NCBI GenBank assembly: GCA_947627985.1
Contig: CANQYD010000003.1
Span: 24,108-88,107, forward strand
Direction of reading: 5' to 3'
Length of the DNA stretch: 64,000 nucleotides
Source: an uncultured Clostridia bacterium
GTDB taxonomy: Bacteria; Bacillota; Clostridia; Oscillospirales; Ruminococcaceae
Part shown: positions 33,917-43,160 of the stretch, in pieces
Layout: each line of letters starts with the position of its first letter
Position numbering within the stretch: the first letter of the stretch is position 1
Translations under genes and position numbers: made by a program
The notes under the pieces: generated by a model
What the model was told of the DNA's origin: nothing
Databases searched by the model: none
The model's input: only the letters and a program-made list of their open reading frames with translations

Positions 33917-34023
33917 TTTATCATCGAAACAATTATATCAAATTCATTTGAAAAAGTACGTCAAGCTGCTAAATTCCTTCAAAAGCAGGGACTTACTGTT
34001 TCCTGATTCCTACCCGTGACTTC

Positions 34024-34059
34024 AGCTCCGCAACTTTCTGCTTTTTGCGGGGCTTTTTT
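34024..34059 (+). terminator. Intrinsic terminator-like hairpin
   Basis: CCGCAA..TTGCGG stem followed by GGCTTTTTT. Confidence 0.55.
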
Positions 34060-34227
34060 GTTGTGCTCTTTTTTATATCATGACGTATTTTCTTTCACGC
34101 TAAACCTCCTGTTCACACTTGGGGATTGCTTGTGCGGAAGATGATTTTATCATGTCTTATATTATACTATCTTCTGTACAAAATCTACCCCCTATGTGTA
34201 CGATTTTAGGATAGCACTACAAAGTCA

Positions 34228-34270
34228 CCCGGAGCCGAGCGAAGCGAGGCAAAGCCCCCTCTCCCTTGGG
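34228..34270 (+). repeat. Isolated Type I fragment
   Basis: CCCGGAGCCGAGCGAAGCGAGGCAAAGCCCCCTCTCCCTTGGG matches the B-to-F junction of Type I elements. Confidence 0.8.
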
Positions 34271-34440
34271 CATCCCCCCCACTTAAAGCCCCTTACCCGC
34301 CCCACGCTTACAAAACAAATATGCGAGGTATCGGAAATTATCCTTACCTCGCACTTTTTATACACCATTAGGTACTGCAAAAACTTCAAGCATTCAATTG
34401 AACCGATGTTAAAAAGATAAGCAACGCTATAAACGGCGAT

Positions 34441-34959
34441 TCATTTAAACACGATTCTTTTCGGATAATCAAGCATAGTAATCTCAAAGTCCTCAGCGTT
34501 GATTTTTTCCCACATTCCCGAAGCAAATTGAGTTTTCGTCATGACATAGCCAAGGCGAACCGTCTTTTTCTCATCGGGCGCTATTTCTGACTGCCCGATT
34601 TCAAAGCCGTTGATTTTGCTGAAAATATCCATGGCTGCGTCGTTCGACCACGCTCCGCGCTCGGCAGAAAGTTTATAATACGGAAAGCTTACAGTCTCCG
34701 CCGTGTTGTTTAAAACCTCTATTTCTGCGGCTAAAATCAGCTCATCATCATATTTGCGATCCACTCCGAAGGATTCGGGCGAGTCAATTTCGAGTGATAA
34801 CAGTCTGACCTCGCAGCCTGATATTTCGGCAGTTTCGCCGCGGCTTATTTCCAATGTTTCAACCTGCGGAAATTCCCGGTTTACATGATAGATTCTTACA
34901 CCCGCAACGGTTAAAAATATAATCAAAATAATCAACAGACAAATTTTAGTTTTCTTCAC
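34441..34959 (-). CDS. Membrane-anchored extracytoplasmic protein, unknown function
   Basis: 172 aa, N-terminal TM (ICLLIILIIFLTVAGV), beta-rich remainder; overlaps the upstream ABC ATPase gene. Confidence 0.65.
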   Translation of the reverse strand: MKKTKICLLIILIIFLTVAGVRIYHVNREFPQVETLEISRGETAEISGCEVRLLSLEIDSPESFGVDRKYDDELILAAEIEVLNNTAETVSFPYYKLSAERGAWSNDAAMDIFSKINGFEIGQSEIAPDEKKTVRLGYVMTKTQFASGMWEKINAEDFEITMLDYPKRIVFK

Positions 34960-35593
34960 CTATGATCTCACCCCTATCAAGCCTGATGATCTCATCCGCC
35001 AGATTTTCAATCTCATCTCTATCATGGCATGCAATCACTACGGTCGCGCCTTTTTCTTTAAATTCTTTAATGATCTCCGCCGCCGTTTCCACGCCGCTCG
35101 GGTCGAGGGCGTTGAACGGCTCGTCAAGCAGCAAAATTTGTGGATTTTCCATTATCGCCGCCGCGATGCCGAGGCGCTGCTTCATTCCGAGCGAATATTT
35201 GCGGTATTTTCTCCGATCATGCGGCTCAAGCCCGACCTTTTCAAGAGCCTCGGAAACATCATCTTTCGTCGCTTCTCCCTTGATTTCCGCCAAAAGCAAA
35301 AGGTTTTCAAGCCCCGTTTTTGAATCCAAAAATGCGGGATTTTCGATCAGCGCTCCCACGCTTTTCGGAAAAGAATTTTTCCCGCCGAGCCGCTCGCCGT
35401 CGATGGAAACATACCCCTCGGTCGGCAGAATCAGCCCGCATATCGCCCGCATAAGCATGGTCTTACCCGAGCCGTTTTTGCCCCAAAGACCGTAAATTTT
35501 CCCGCTTTCAAGCGTCAGATTTATGTTTTTGAGGACGGCCGCGCCGCGAATTACTTTTGTATAATTTTTGATTTCAATCATTTTTCTCACCAA
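34946..35593 (-). CDS. ABC transporter ATP-binding protein
   Basis: GKNGSGKT Walker A, SLGMKQRLGIAAA signature, LLLDEP Walker B; alternative start 35581. Confidence 0.85.
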   Translation of the reverse strand: MVRKMIEIKNYTKVIRGAAVLKNINLTLESGKIYGLWGKNGSGKTMLMRAICGLILPTEGYVSIDGERLGGKNSFPKSVGALIENPAFLDSKTGLENLLLLAEIKGEATKDDVSEALEKVGLEPHDRRKYRKYSLGMKQRLGIAAAIMENPQILLLDEPFNALDPSGVETAAEIIKEFKEKGATVVIACHDRDEIENLADEIIRLDRGEIIGEEN

Positions 35594-36275
35594 ATATAAT
35601 ATCTTTCTTTGTAAAAATTACCGTTCCGATCGCCAAGCATACCGAAAATACCCCTGAACCGATTATCGGAACGGCGGCGATGTTTTGTACTCTTGCAAGC
35701 TGCGCATAATTTCCGAGCAAGATTGGCGAATTTAAATATGTTGAGGCTATAACTTCGGCTGACACGATCAAATATGCCGTTTTGTTACCGATAAGCAGAG
35801 ACAAAAGTCTTAAAACCGATGAATAAGCAGCCCCCAGCGCGGGAGGTATCAGTATTATCATACTCGGAGCGGAAAAACCCGATATGATCAGCAGCTCGGA
35901 ATATATCACCAAATATGCTGCGAGCGCCGAAATTGCCGCGGAAAGAGTATCCGCAAGATATATCCAAGCGCGTTTTGACCGGATTGCAATATTACCGCAA
36001 ATTTTTGAAAGCGGACGTTTCAGAGATATAAAACAGATGAATAGATGTATAAAGATCCAAACTATCGGAATAACATATTTTTCATTATCCGTTTGCCGCA
36101 GATCACCCGAAAAAAGGCGATATACAGCCCCTGAAAGCCCATCAGTCGGAGAGGGAATTCCGTTTGTTATATAAATCAGCAGCGGAGTGATCGCAGCAAG
36201 CAGCAAGTATTTGCAGGCGTTATTTTTCAGGGATTCGACCGCAAAGATTTTTATCAGCCGAATAAGCTTTATCAA
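35574..36275 (-). CDS. Polytopic membrane protein (ABC-2-like permease component)
   Basis: 233 aa, about 6 hydrophobic segments, start/stop overlaps with neighbours. Confidence 0.6.
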   Translation of the reverse strand: MIKLIRLIKIFAVESLKNNACKYLLLAAITPLLIYITNGIPSPTDGLSGAVYRLFSGDLRQTDNEKYVIPIVWIFIHLFICFISLKRPLSKICGNIAIRSKRAWIYLADTLSAAISALAAYLVIYSELLIISGFSAPSMIILIPPALGAAYSSVLRLLSLLIGNKTAYLIVSAEVIASTYLNSPILLGNYAQLARVQNIAAVPIIGSGVFSVCLAIGTVIFTKKDIIFGEKND

Positions 36276-37036
36276 TAATAAAACTCCTTTCGGAGGCAGA
36301 TTTTTCTGCCGATAAAATATGCAGCCGCCGAGAGAACAGTCGGCAGACCGAGACAGATCAGCGGATCGAAATCGTCAGTCAGCTGAATATGATACAGCCC
36401 CGAGAAGCGCGTCAGGATCGGCGAGAACCAAGCCTCGTTGAGCCCGAAAACGACCGCCGTAATTATGCCTGCCACCGAGCCGAGCGAATTTTTTAAAATC
36501 AAAAACAGCATCGAAACAAAAAATGCGGTTAAAAAAATATATAATACCGACAATGCCAAAAGCCCCGAAAATGTAAACCGTTCGGTCGTCGTGAAGTTTG
36601 CAGAGTAATAAACCGAACGAACGCTCTGCCAGTTTATAAGGACAGAGATCCCTGAAAATTTTGCGGATAAAAGAGCTGCGGCGGTGTAAAAAAGTGTAAA
36701 GCAGAAACAAATAACCGCGGTTTTTAATACCGATATGTTCCAAATATTCTGTCTGCTTTTTCTTCTGATAACGATCCGAATATGCTCGTCCTCCGAAAGA
36801 ATCAGACTGATATTCAAAATCAGGATCGGTAAAACAAAGCTTAAAAATGCCCTTTGGCAGTTAAACAGCACCGCGTCTATCACCGACATCTGCGCAGCAT
36901 ATAATGACGCGGCGTGCTTCTTCCACCGCAGTGTATTGACGAAAACTATGACCGTCTGCACTGCTGAAGATATGAATATAACAGGAAGTCGGGAGATAAC
37001 CTGTCTTGGGATTTCGGCAACAGCTTTAAAGGACAT
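36272..37036 (-). CDS. Polytopic membrane protein (ABC-2-like permease component)
   Basis: 254 aa, multiple TM segments, 4-nt overlap with the downstream gene. Confidence 0.6.
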   Translation of the reverse strand: MSFKAVAEIPRQVISRLPVIFISSAVQTVIVFVNTLRWKKHAASLYAAQMSVIDAVLFNCQRAFLSFVLPILILNISLILSEDEHIRIVIRRKSRQNIWNISVLKTAVICFCFTLFYTAAALLSAKFSGISVLINWQSVRSVYYSANFTTTERFTFSGLLALSVLYIFLTAFFVSMLFLILKNSLGSVAGIITAVVFGLNEAWFSPILTRFSGLYHIQLTDDFDPLICLGLPTVLSAAAYFIGRKICLRKEFYY

Positions 37037-37841
37037 CTTTTCTGCTCCCCAATACCGTAGCAGGAATAAAAGTTACTAAAAACAGCGTTATCGGCAATAA
37101 AATGATCTCGGCAGTAAAGGTCGGTACAGTCTGAGTCGGCAGAATGATGTGATAAGGATCAAAACTGAAATTTCCGAAAACGCTGCTGAAAATATAGCAA
37201 AGCATGTAGAGAATAAACGGCGACAGCAGTGATGAAAATCGGCTTTTTACGAGCAGCGACGCCAAAAGCGCAATCTCGCAGAACAGCCCTATAATCACTG
37301 CGCCGATAATTAAAAACATTATTATGTACAGCATCGGGTGATCAAGAAAAATATCCGCAAACGGATTTACCGCTCTTGCCGCAGCAAACGTTTTTGTGGA
37401 AGGGATGGGCTTTGCCGCAGGTACAAACATCGCCGTCACCAAAAGATTTGCAACAAAGGGGATCACAAAAACGGCAGCCCCCGATAAAAATACTGCAATA
37501 TATTTCGCCGTAAGCCATTTTTTTATATCTCCGCGAACGACTATATTCTTTGAGTACCCGTCCCCGAGATCGCCTGCAAGGCTGTCGGCGTGCGGCAGAG
37601 AACATATCAGCGGGGCAAGTAGAAAAATCAGCGTATGCGCCAAAGAACCCGCCCTGAGACCGATATATTCGCTGAACAGCGACATCGGATATTCCATCTT
37701 AGGCATGTGATTAAGCCATAGGGCAGGATATGTACTACTAAAAAAATCAAATACCGTGATTGCGCAGCCCGAAAGGACAGCTATCAGAAAATATATGTTA
37801 TTAAAAGCTCTTTTAAGCTCAAATTTCAGAAGTTTAACCAT
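37026..37841 (-). CDS. Polytopic membrane protein (ABC-2-like permease component)
   Basis: 271 aa, MVKLLKFELKRAF.. N-terminus typical of ABC-2 permeases, 6 TM. Confidence 0.65.
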   Translation of the reverse strand: MVKLLKFELKRAFNNIYFLIAVLSGCAITVFDFFSSTYPALWLNHMPKMEYPMSLFSEYIGLRAGSLAHTLIFLLAPLICSLPHADSLAGDLGDGYSKNIVVRGDIKKWLTAKYIAVFLSGAAVFVIPFVANLLVTAMFVPAAKPIPSTKTFAAARAVNPFADIFLDHPMLYIIMFLIIGAVIIGLFCEIALLASLLVKSRFSSLLSPFILYMLCYIFSSVFGNFSFDPYHIILPTQTVPTFTAEIILLPITLFLVTFIPATVLGSRKDVL

Positions 37842-37845
37842 ATTT

Positions 37846-38634
37846 CTACCTCAGATATAAATGCCCGACCTTGTCCTGCGCGTCCAAAGAATAGCCCCAG
37901 ACGTCGAGATCGACCCAGCGCGTTACCCCTTCTTCGGCAAATTTTCTTTCTACAAACCAGCCGAATTTAGCTGTCTTAGTTTCGTCTGCCTCGAAGTATG
38001 CGCTGAAGTAGTCGATCGCGCCGTTAAAGCCCTCGGGGCAGACGCCGCAGTTGTTATGGAGGCTGAACCAATGCGCGCCCTCAAAGCCCATGTATGGGTA
38101 AACGTCGTTATCGCCTACCAAATGCAGATCATGACTGCCCCATTTTTGCATCTGCGCCTCGCCGGTGAGATTCTGAATATCCATCTCGACAATGAGCCAC
38201 ACGCAGTCGAGCCCGAAAGCGCCGTCATAGCTGCCGTCATCGGCTATATGATCGGCAGCTTTTACCCAGCGTTCAACGCCGTTTTCGTCGGGCTGAGGCT
38301 CGGGCAGAGAAAAATCGCGGCAATCCTCTTTTATGATCCCCTCGGGCAGGGTATCCGAAAAGTAAAAGTCCTTAAGCGTATAACCCCAGTCGTCGTGGAT
38401 AATCTGCACACCGATATTTGAATCTTCGGATATTGAATCGCTCGGAACAGTCACAGCGGTCTCGGCGTTTGTCGTAAGTTCGTCAGCATGTTGATAGCGG
38501 TTTCCGCTTGGATCTTTGGGCATAAAATCTTCATTGTTCCGAGCAGGCGCAGGTCCGCAGCCGTTAATGAACATAACGGCTGCGGTCAGTACCGCAATTG
38601 CAAAGATGATTAAAACTGTTAAAGACTTTTTCAT
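37846..38634 (-). CDS. Lipoprotein, unknown function
   Basis: Signal peptide with lipobox FINGC; 262 aa acidic extracytoplasmic domain. Confidence 0.65.
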   Translation of the reverse strand: MKKSLTVLIIFAIAVLTAAVMFINGCGPAPARNNEDFMPKDPSGNRYQHADELTTNAETAVTVPSDSISEDSNIGVQIIHDDWGYTLKDFYFSDTLPEGIIKEDCRDFSLPEPQPDENGVERWVKAADHIADDGSYDGAFGLDCVWLIVEMDIQNLTGEAQMQKWGSHDLHLVGDNDVYPYMGFEGAHWFSLHNNCGVCPEGFNGAIDYFSAYFEADETKTAKFGWFVERKFAEEGVTRWVDLDVWGYSLDAQDKVGHLYLR

Positions 38635-38918
38635 CTTTCGGTTTCCTCCTTTTTCGGTAGGATAATCTCTAAAGCGACGTTTTCGGGAAGCATAGCAGGC
38701 TCACTTTTTTCGGTGGTTTCAACTTGTATTGGCAGCGCAGGTGCGGGCTGATATTCAGCATTAAAGACAAACGCAAAGAGAAAAACACTCAGCGCAGCCG
38801 CGGCAATATCGCTCAAAAATTTCAGCCTCACATCGCGCCGATATTCAAACGAAGCCTCCAAGAAAGCGGGATCAGCGCCGTCCAAAGCGCGATAAATAAA
38901 GCTTTCGTTCATGTTCAT
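38631..38918 (-). CDS. Putative anti-sigma factor (single TM)
   Basis: 95 aa, one TM (AAAALSVFLFAFVF), overlaps sigma gene stop (ATGA-type coupling). Confidence 0.5.
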   Translation of the reverse strand: MNMNESFIYRALDGADPAFLEASFEYRRDVRLKFLSDIAAAALSVFLFAFVFNAEYQPAPALPIQVETTEKSEPAMLPENVALEIILPKKEETER

Positions 38919-39454
38919 AAGAGACCCCTTTTCTTCAGGATTTTTTCAAGCTTTTCCCGCGACGCGGCAAGGCTTGATTTGACCTTCGATTCGCTGAACG
39001 AGTAGCGAACCGCGATCTGGCGCACGCTCTCGAAAAAGTAGTATTTGCGGATAAAAATGTTGCGCGCGTCGGGCGGCAAGCCGTCAAGAAAGTCGTTGAC
39101 GGCGTCCTTGAGGGCGATCTTATCGGCAAGCGGCATGCCGTCGGGCTGGGGGTATGTATCATCAAGACCGACAACCTCGCCCGAGCGCTTTTTCGCATTG
39201 ATATAGCGGTATTTCGAGAGCGCCGCCGACCGAGCCGCAGTGCAGACATATGCCCGAAAATTCTCGGGATTTTCGGGAGGAATGCTCTGCCAGAGCCTGA
39301 TGTAGACGTCCGAAAGGCACTCCTCAGCGTCCTCGCGGGAGCGCAGGATTGAGCGGATCAGCTTTTTGATGAGCCGCCCGTATTTTTTCTCGGTCAGCAC
39401 GATCGCGCGCTGATCCCGCAAAAAATAAAGTTCAATGATCTCGCTGTCCTTCAC
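38915..39454 (-). CDS. Sigma-70 family (ECF-like) RNA polymerase sigma factor
   Basis: GTG start with GGAGG upstream; region 2 (DAEECLSDVYIRLW) and region 4 HTH (ESVRQIAVRYSFSESKVKSSL). Confidence 0.8.
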   Translation of the reverse strand: MKDSEIIELYFLRDQRAIVLTEKKYGRLIKKLIRSILRSREDAEECLSDVYIRLWQSIPPENPENFRAYVCTAARSAALSKYRYINAKKRSGEVVGLDDTYPQPDGMPLADKIALKDAVNDFLDGLPPDARNIFIRKYYFFESVRQIAVRYSFSESKVKSSLAASREKLEKILKKRGLL

Positions 39455-39514
39455 GGCTCACCTCCATGGGTTTCTATAACATAAGACGCAGGCGGGGCGA
39501 CTTTGGTCGGAAAA

Positions 39515-39565
39515 ATAATGATAAAAAATCTGCACAAATTTTTAGAGATGGATTTGTGCAGATTG
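39515..39565 (-). terminator. Strong intrinsic terminator (minus strand)
   Basis: 13-bp perfect stem AATCTGCACAAAT / ATTTGTGCAGATT followed on the minus strand by TTTTATCATTATTTTT. Confidence 0.8.
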
Positions 39566-39619
39566 CAAAACTGTCATAAAAATGCGGTGAGTTTATTATG
39601 ACATGATGGGGCGTGAAAG

Positions 39620-40003
39620 TCAATTTGAAAGTAGAAGGTGTGGGGGAGTGTATTTAACATAATGCGGGCAATCCAATTCTATATATTTTCCGCCATTAAC
39701 CCGAGAAACATAGTCAATTGCAATTTTTCGCCAAGTTTCCTCATCAAATTCCGTACCTCCCGAAGCGTTTGAAATGAATAACAGCATCGGGAGCTGCGGG
39801 ACGCCCATACTGTCAACCGTTTCGGCATTTTTCTTCACCGATTTCGCCTCATTTATCATTGTCTTTGTCGCAGTGCGGCTGTAAAAAACTGCCTTATAGA
39901 TTTCTTTTTCCCTGTCAGACAGCGTGCCGTGACGAATCGCGTTGCTCTCCGCAATACCGGCTGCGGGAAAAAGGCACGGAACCCCCGCAGTTTTCCCCCA
40001 TCA
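39620..40003 (-). pseudogene. N-terminally truncated gene remnant (possible alpha/beta-hydrolase C-terminal part)
   Basis: Reading frame of ORF 39620-39859 stays open upstream to an in-frame TGA near 40003 with no start codon; ..LDCPHYV.. near the C-terminus. Confidence 0.35.
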
Positions 40004-40144
40004 GCAGCATAAGCTAAAACATGCAAATCCAAACCGTCTCTCACTACATTCTAAACCGCTGCATCATAAATTCCCCGGGAGTGTACAAATCGCCCTCATT
40101 ATCCTCACTGATTAAATCTGTCACCAACGGTGACACCTTGAAAT

Positions 40145-40180
40145 TCTGACAATCTGACTTCTGACTTCTGTCCTCTTGAT
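40145..40180 (+). repeat. CT-rich heptamer array
   Basis: TCTGACA(A) TCTGACT TCTGACT TCTGTCC TCTTGAT. Confidence 0.75.
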
Positions 40181-40216
40181 GCGGTCGTTTTGACCACATC
40201 TAATTTCCCTCCCCGA

Positions 40217-40245
40217 TTGACTAATCCCAAAAAATCTGCTAAAAT
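40217..40245 (+). promoter_or_regulatory. Promoter of sbcD
   Basis: TTGACT 40217-40222, 17-nt spacer, TAAAAT 40240-40245. Confidence 0.7.
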
Positions 40246-40264
40246 ACTCAGAAAGGAGGCTGCC

Positions 40265-41407
40265 ATGAAATTTCTTCACCTTTCCGACCTGCACTTGGGC
40301 AAGCGGGTCAGCGAATTTTCGATGATACCCGATCAGGAGCATATCCTCCGGCAAGTCCTCGGGATAATCGACGCCGAGAAGCCTCAAGCGGTCGTCATCG
40401 CGGGGGACGTCTACGACAAATCGGTGCCGTCCGCGGAAGCCGTCCGGCTCTTCGACTTCTTCCTCACAGCCCTTTCCGCAAGGCGTCTTGCGGTCATGAT
40501 CATCGCCGGCAACCACGACTCCCCCGAGCGGCTGTCCTTCGGCGAAAAGCTCTTTAAGCTCGGCGGCGTGCACATCTCCCCGGTCTATGACGGACAAATT
40601 TCCCCCGTCGTTTTGGAAGATGATTTCGGCTGCGTAAACTTCTGGCTCCTGCCTTTTTTGCGGCCTTCGCAGGTGCGCTCGGCTCTTTTGCGCGACGGTA
40701 TCGAGACCTACACCGAAGCCTGCGCCGCCGCTGTTGAAAATTTAAATATAGATCATGCGGCTCGAAACGTCCTCATCTGCCACCAGTTCGTGACCGGGTC
40801 TTTAAGAAGCGAGTCGGAGGAGATATCGGTCGGCGGGTCTGATAATGTTGACGCCGAGGTATTTTCGGGATTTGACTACGTCGCCCTCGGTCATCTTCAC
40901 AGCCCGCAAAACGTAGGTTCGGAGAGATTGAGATACTGCGGCACCCCGCTTAAGTACTCCTTCTCCGAGTGTTCGCATGAAAAATCCGTGACCGTCGTCG
41001 AAATGCTTGAAAAGGGGAATATGAAGATAAAAACCGTCCCCCTGAAGCCTCTTCACGACATGCGTGAAATAAAGGGCACATATTCCGATCTCACGCTTAA
41101 AAAGAATTACGAGAATACCGCGACGGACGATTATCTGCACATAATCCTCACCGACAGCGACGACGTCCCCGACGCGATCGGCAGGCTACGAACGGTATAC
41201 CCGAACATCATGAAGCTCTCCTACGACAACGAGCGGACCCGGGGCGAGGCATTTATCCCCGACGGCGAGGCTAAAGCCGAGACCCCGTATGAGCTGTTCG
41301 GCGAATTTTTCGAGCGGCAGAACGGCAGGAAGATGAGCACCGATCAGGAAAAGATAATAACGGATCTCATCGAAAAAATCTGGAGCGAAAGACAGATAAG
41401 CCGATAA
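40265..41407 (+). CDS. sbcD: Exonuclease SbcCD, nuclease subunit D (Mre11-like)
   Basis: ORF 40190 trimmed to ATG 40265 (AGGAGG upstream); MKFLHLSDLHLG, AGDVYD, GNHDS, GHLH motifs. Confidence 0.85.
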   Translation: MKFLHLSDLHLGKRVSEFSMIPDQEHILRQVLGIIDAEKPQAVVIAGDVYDKSVPSAEAVRLFDFFLTALSARRLAVMIIAGNHDSPERLSFGEKLFKLGGVHISPVYDGQISPVVLEDDFGCVNFWLLPFLRPSQVRSALLRDGIETYTEACAAAVENLNIDHAARNVLICHQFVTGSLRSESEEISVGGSDNVDAEVFSGFDYVALGHLHSPQNVGSERLRYCGTPLKYSFSECSHEKSVTVVEMLEKGNMKIKTVPLKPLHDMREIKGTYSDLTLKKNYENTATDDYLHIILTDSDDVPDAIGRLRTVYPNIMKLSYDNERTRGEAFIPDGEAKAETPYELFGEFFERQNGRKMSTDQEKIITDLIEKIWSERQISR

Positions 41408-41438
41408 TTCTCACCTTTTACTGCATGGAAGGATTTAA

Positions 41439-43160
41439 ATGGAAAGAATCACTAAATACATCAAGCCCTACACCGGCTACATAATCCTGACGGTTCTGAT
41501 AAAGCTCTTCGGAGCTGTGTTGGAACTGTTTATCCCCTATTTTATGGAAATTATTTTAGACGACGTCGTCCCGCGGGGCGTAAAGTCCACCATCTTCATC
41601 TACGGCGGGCTGATGCTTTTATGCGCGATCGGCTGTCTTGTCTGCAACATCGGAGCCAACCGAATGAGCGCCGTCAGCTCGGGAAAGATCACAAGAAAAC
41701 TCCGCTACGACCTCTTCGACAAGCTTGAGCGGCTCTCTGCGGGTCAGATGGACCGCCTGACCGTGCCTTCAGCCGAATCGCGGCTCACAAGCGACACATA
41801 CAACGTAAACCAGCTTTTGGCGAGAATCCAGCGGCTCGGGATCAGGGCGCCGATACTCCTTTTGGGAGGCGTTGTGATGACCCTGACGATGGACCCCGTC
41901 CTCGCTCTGATCCTCATTGCCCTGCTGCCTTTGATCGGCGTTATCGTCTACGCCGTCACAAAAAAATCCGTCCCTCTTTACAAAGAAGAGCAGACGGTGC
42001 TCGACCGCGTGGTGCGGGTATTGCAGGAAAATATCACCGGCGTGCGGGTCATCAAAGCCCTCTCAAAGACCGACTACGAGCGGGAGCGCTTCGGAGGCGT
42101 GAACGACGAGCTTACGGCAATCGATCAGAAAGCCGGAATGATAACAGCCGCCACCAACCCCTCGACCTCCCTTGTTCTGAACATCGGGCTCACGCTGGTC
42201 GTTCTGATCGGCGCGTGGAGAGTTGCGGGAGGGCAGACGAAATCCGGCGTCATCATCGCCTTTTTGCAGTATTTTGTGATGATCTTAAACGCCATGCTCG
42301 GCATAACGAGGATTTTCGTGATGTGGTCCAAAGGCGAGGCTTCGGCTCACCGCGTCGCCGAAGTTCTGGAAATGCCTGAGGACCTCGTGCCCGTAGATTC
42401 TGCCGAAGATCATGCCGATAATCCTCCGCATATCGAATTTAAAAACGTCAGCTTTTCCTATACCGGCAAAGGCGACAGCTTGGAAAATATCAGCTTTAAA
42501 CTTTACCGCGGTGAAAGTCTCGGGATAATCGGCGAGACGGGAGCCGGGAAATCAACGGTTTTAAGCCTTCTCATGCGCTTTTACGACGTCGATTCCGGCG
42601 AGATTCTTATCGACGGCAGGGACGTGAAATCATATTCAAAAGACGAGCTGACATCAAAATTCGGAGCCGTTTTCCAAAACGATTTTGTGATGGAAGGGAC
42701 GGTCGCCGACAATATCCGCTTCTTCCGGGATTTATCGGATGACGATCTATCCCGCGCTTCTTCCGACGCTCAGGCTGCGGAATTTATCGCGCACAGGGCA
42801 AAGGGAATGCAGTCCGACGTGGCGGTCAGGGGAAACAACCTCTCGGGAGGTCAGAAACAGCGCCTACTGATCGCAAGAGCGCTTGCCGGAAATCCCGAAA
42901 TTTTACTTTTGGACGACTCCTCCTCGGCTCTTGACTACCGAACCGACGCGGAACTCAGAAAGGCTTTAAAACGCGGATACTCCGGGGTCACGACGGTCAC
43001 GGTCGCGCAGAGGGTCAGTTCAATCAGAAGCTGCACTAAGATTTTGGTGCTTTCCGACGGCAAAGAGATCGGTCTCGGGACTCATGAAGAGCTCATGCAA
43101 AGCTGCGAGGAGTACCGCTTAACAGCCGAGCAGCAGATGGGAGGTGCCCAAAGTGCCTAA
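41439..43160 (+). CDS. ABC exporter, fused TMD-NBD (heterodimer partner 1)
   Basis: 573 aa; GETGAGKST, LSGGQKQRLLIARAL, LLLDD. Confidence 0.85.
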   Translation: MERITKYIKPYTGYIILTVLIKLFGAVLELFIPYFMEIILDDVVPRGVKSTIFIYGGLMLLCAIGCLVCNIGANRMSAVSSGKITRKLRYDLFDKLERLSAGQMDRLTVPSAESRLTSDTYNVNQLLARIQRLGIRAPILLLGGVVMTLTMDPVLALILIALLPLIGVIVYAVTKKSVPLYKEEQTVLDRVVRVLQENITGVRVIKALSKTDYERERFGGVNDELTAIDQKAGMITAATNPSTSLVLNIGLTLVVLIGAWRVAGGQTKSGVIIAFLQYFVMILNAMLGITRIFVMWSKGEASAHRVAEVLEMPEDLVPVDSAEDHADNPPHIEFKNVSFSYTGKGDSLENISFKLYRGESLGIIGETGAGKSTVLSLLMRFYDVDSGEILIDGRDVKSYSKDELTSKFGAVFQNDFVMEGTVADNIRFFRDLSDDDLSRASSDAQAAEFIAHRAKGMQSDVAVRGNNLSGGQKQRLLIARALAGNPEILLLDDSSSALDYRTDAELRKALKRGYSGVTTVTVAQRVSSIRSCTKILVLSDGKEIGLGTHEELMQSCEEYRLTAEQQMGGAQSA

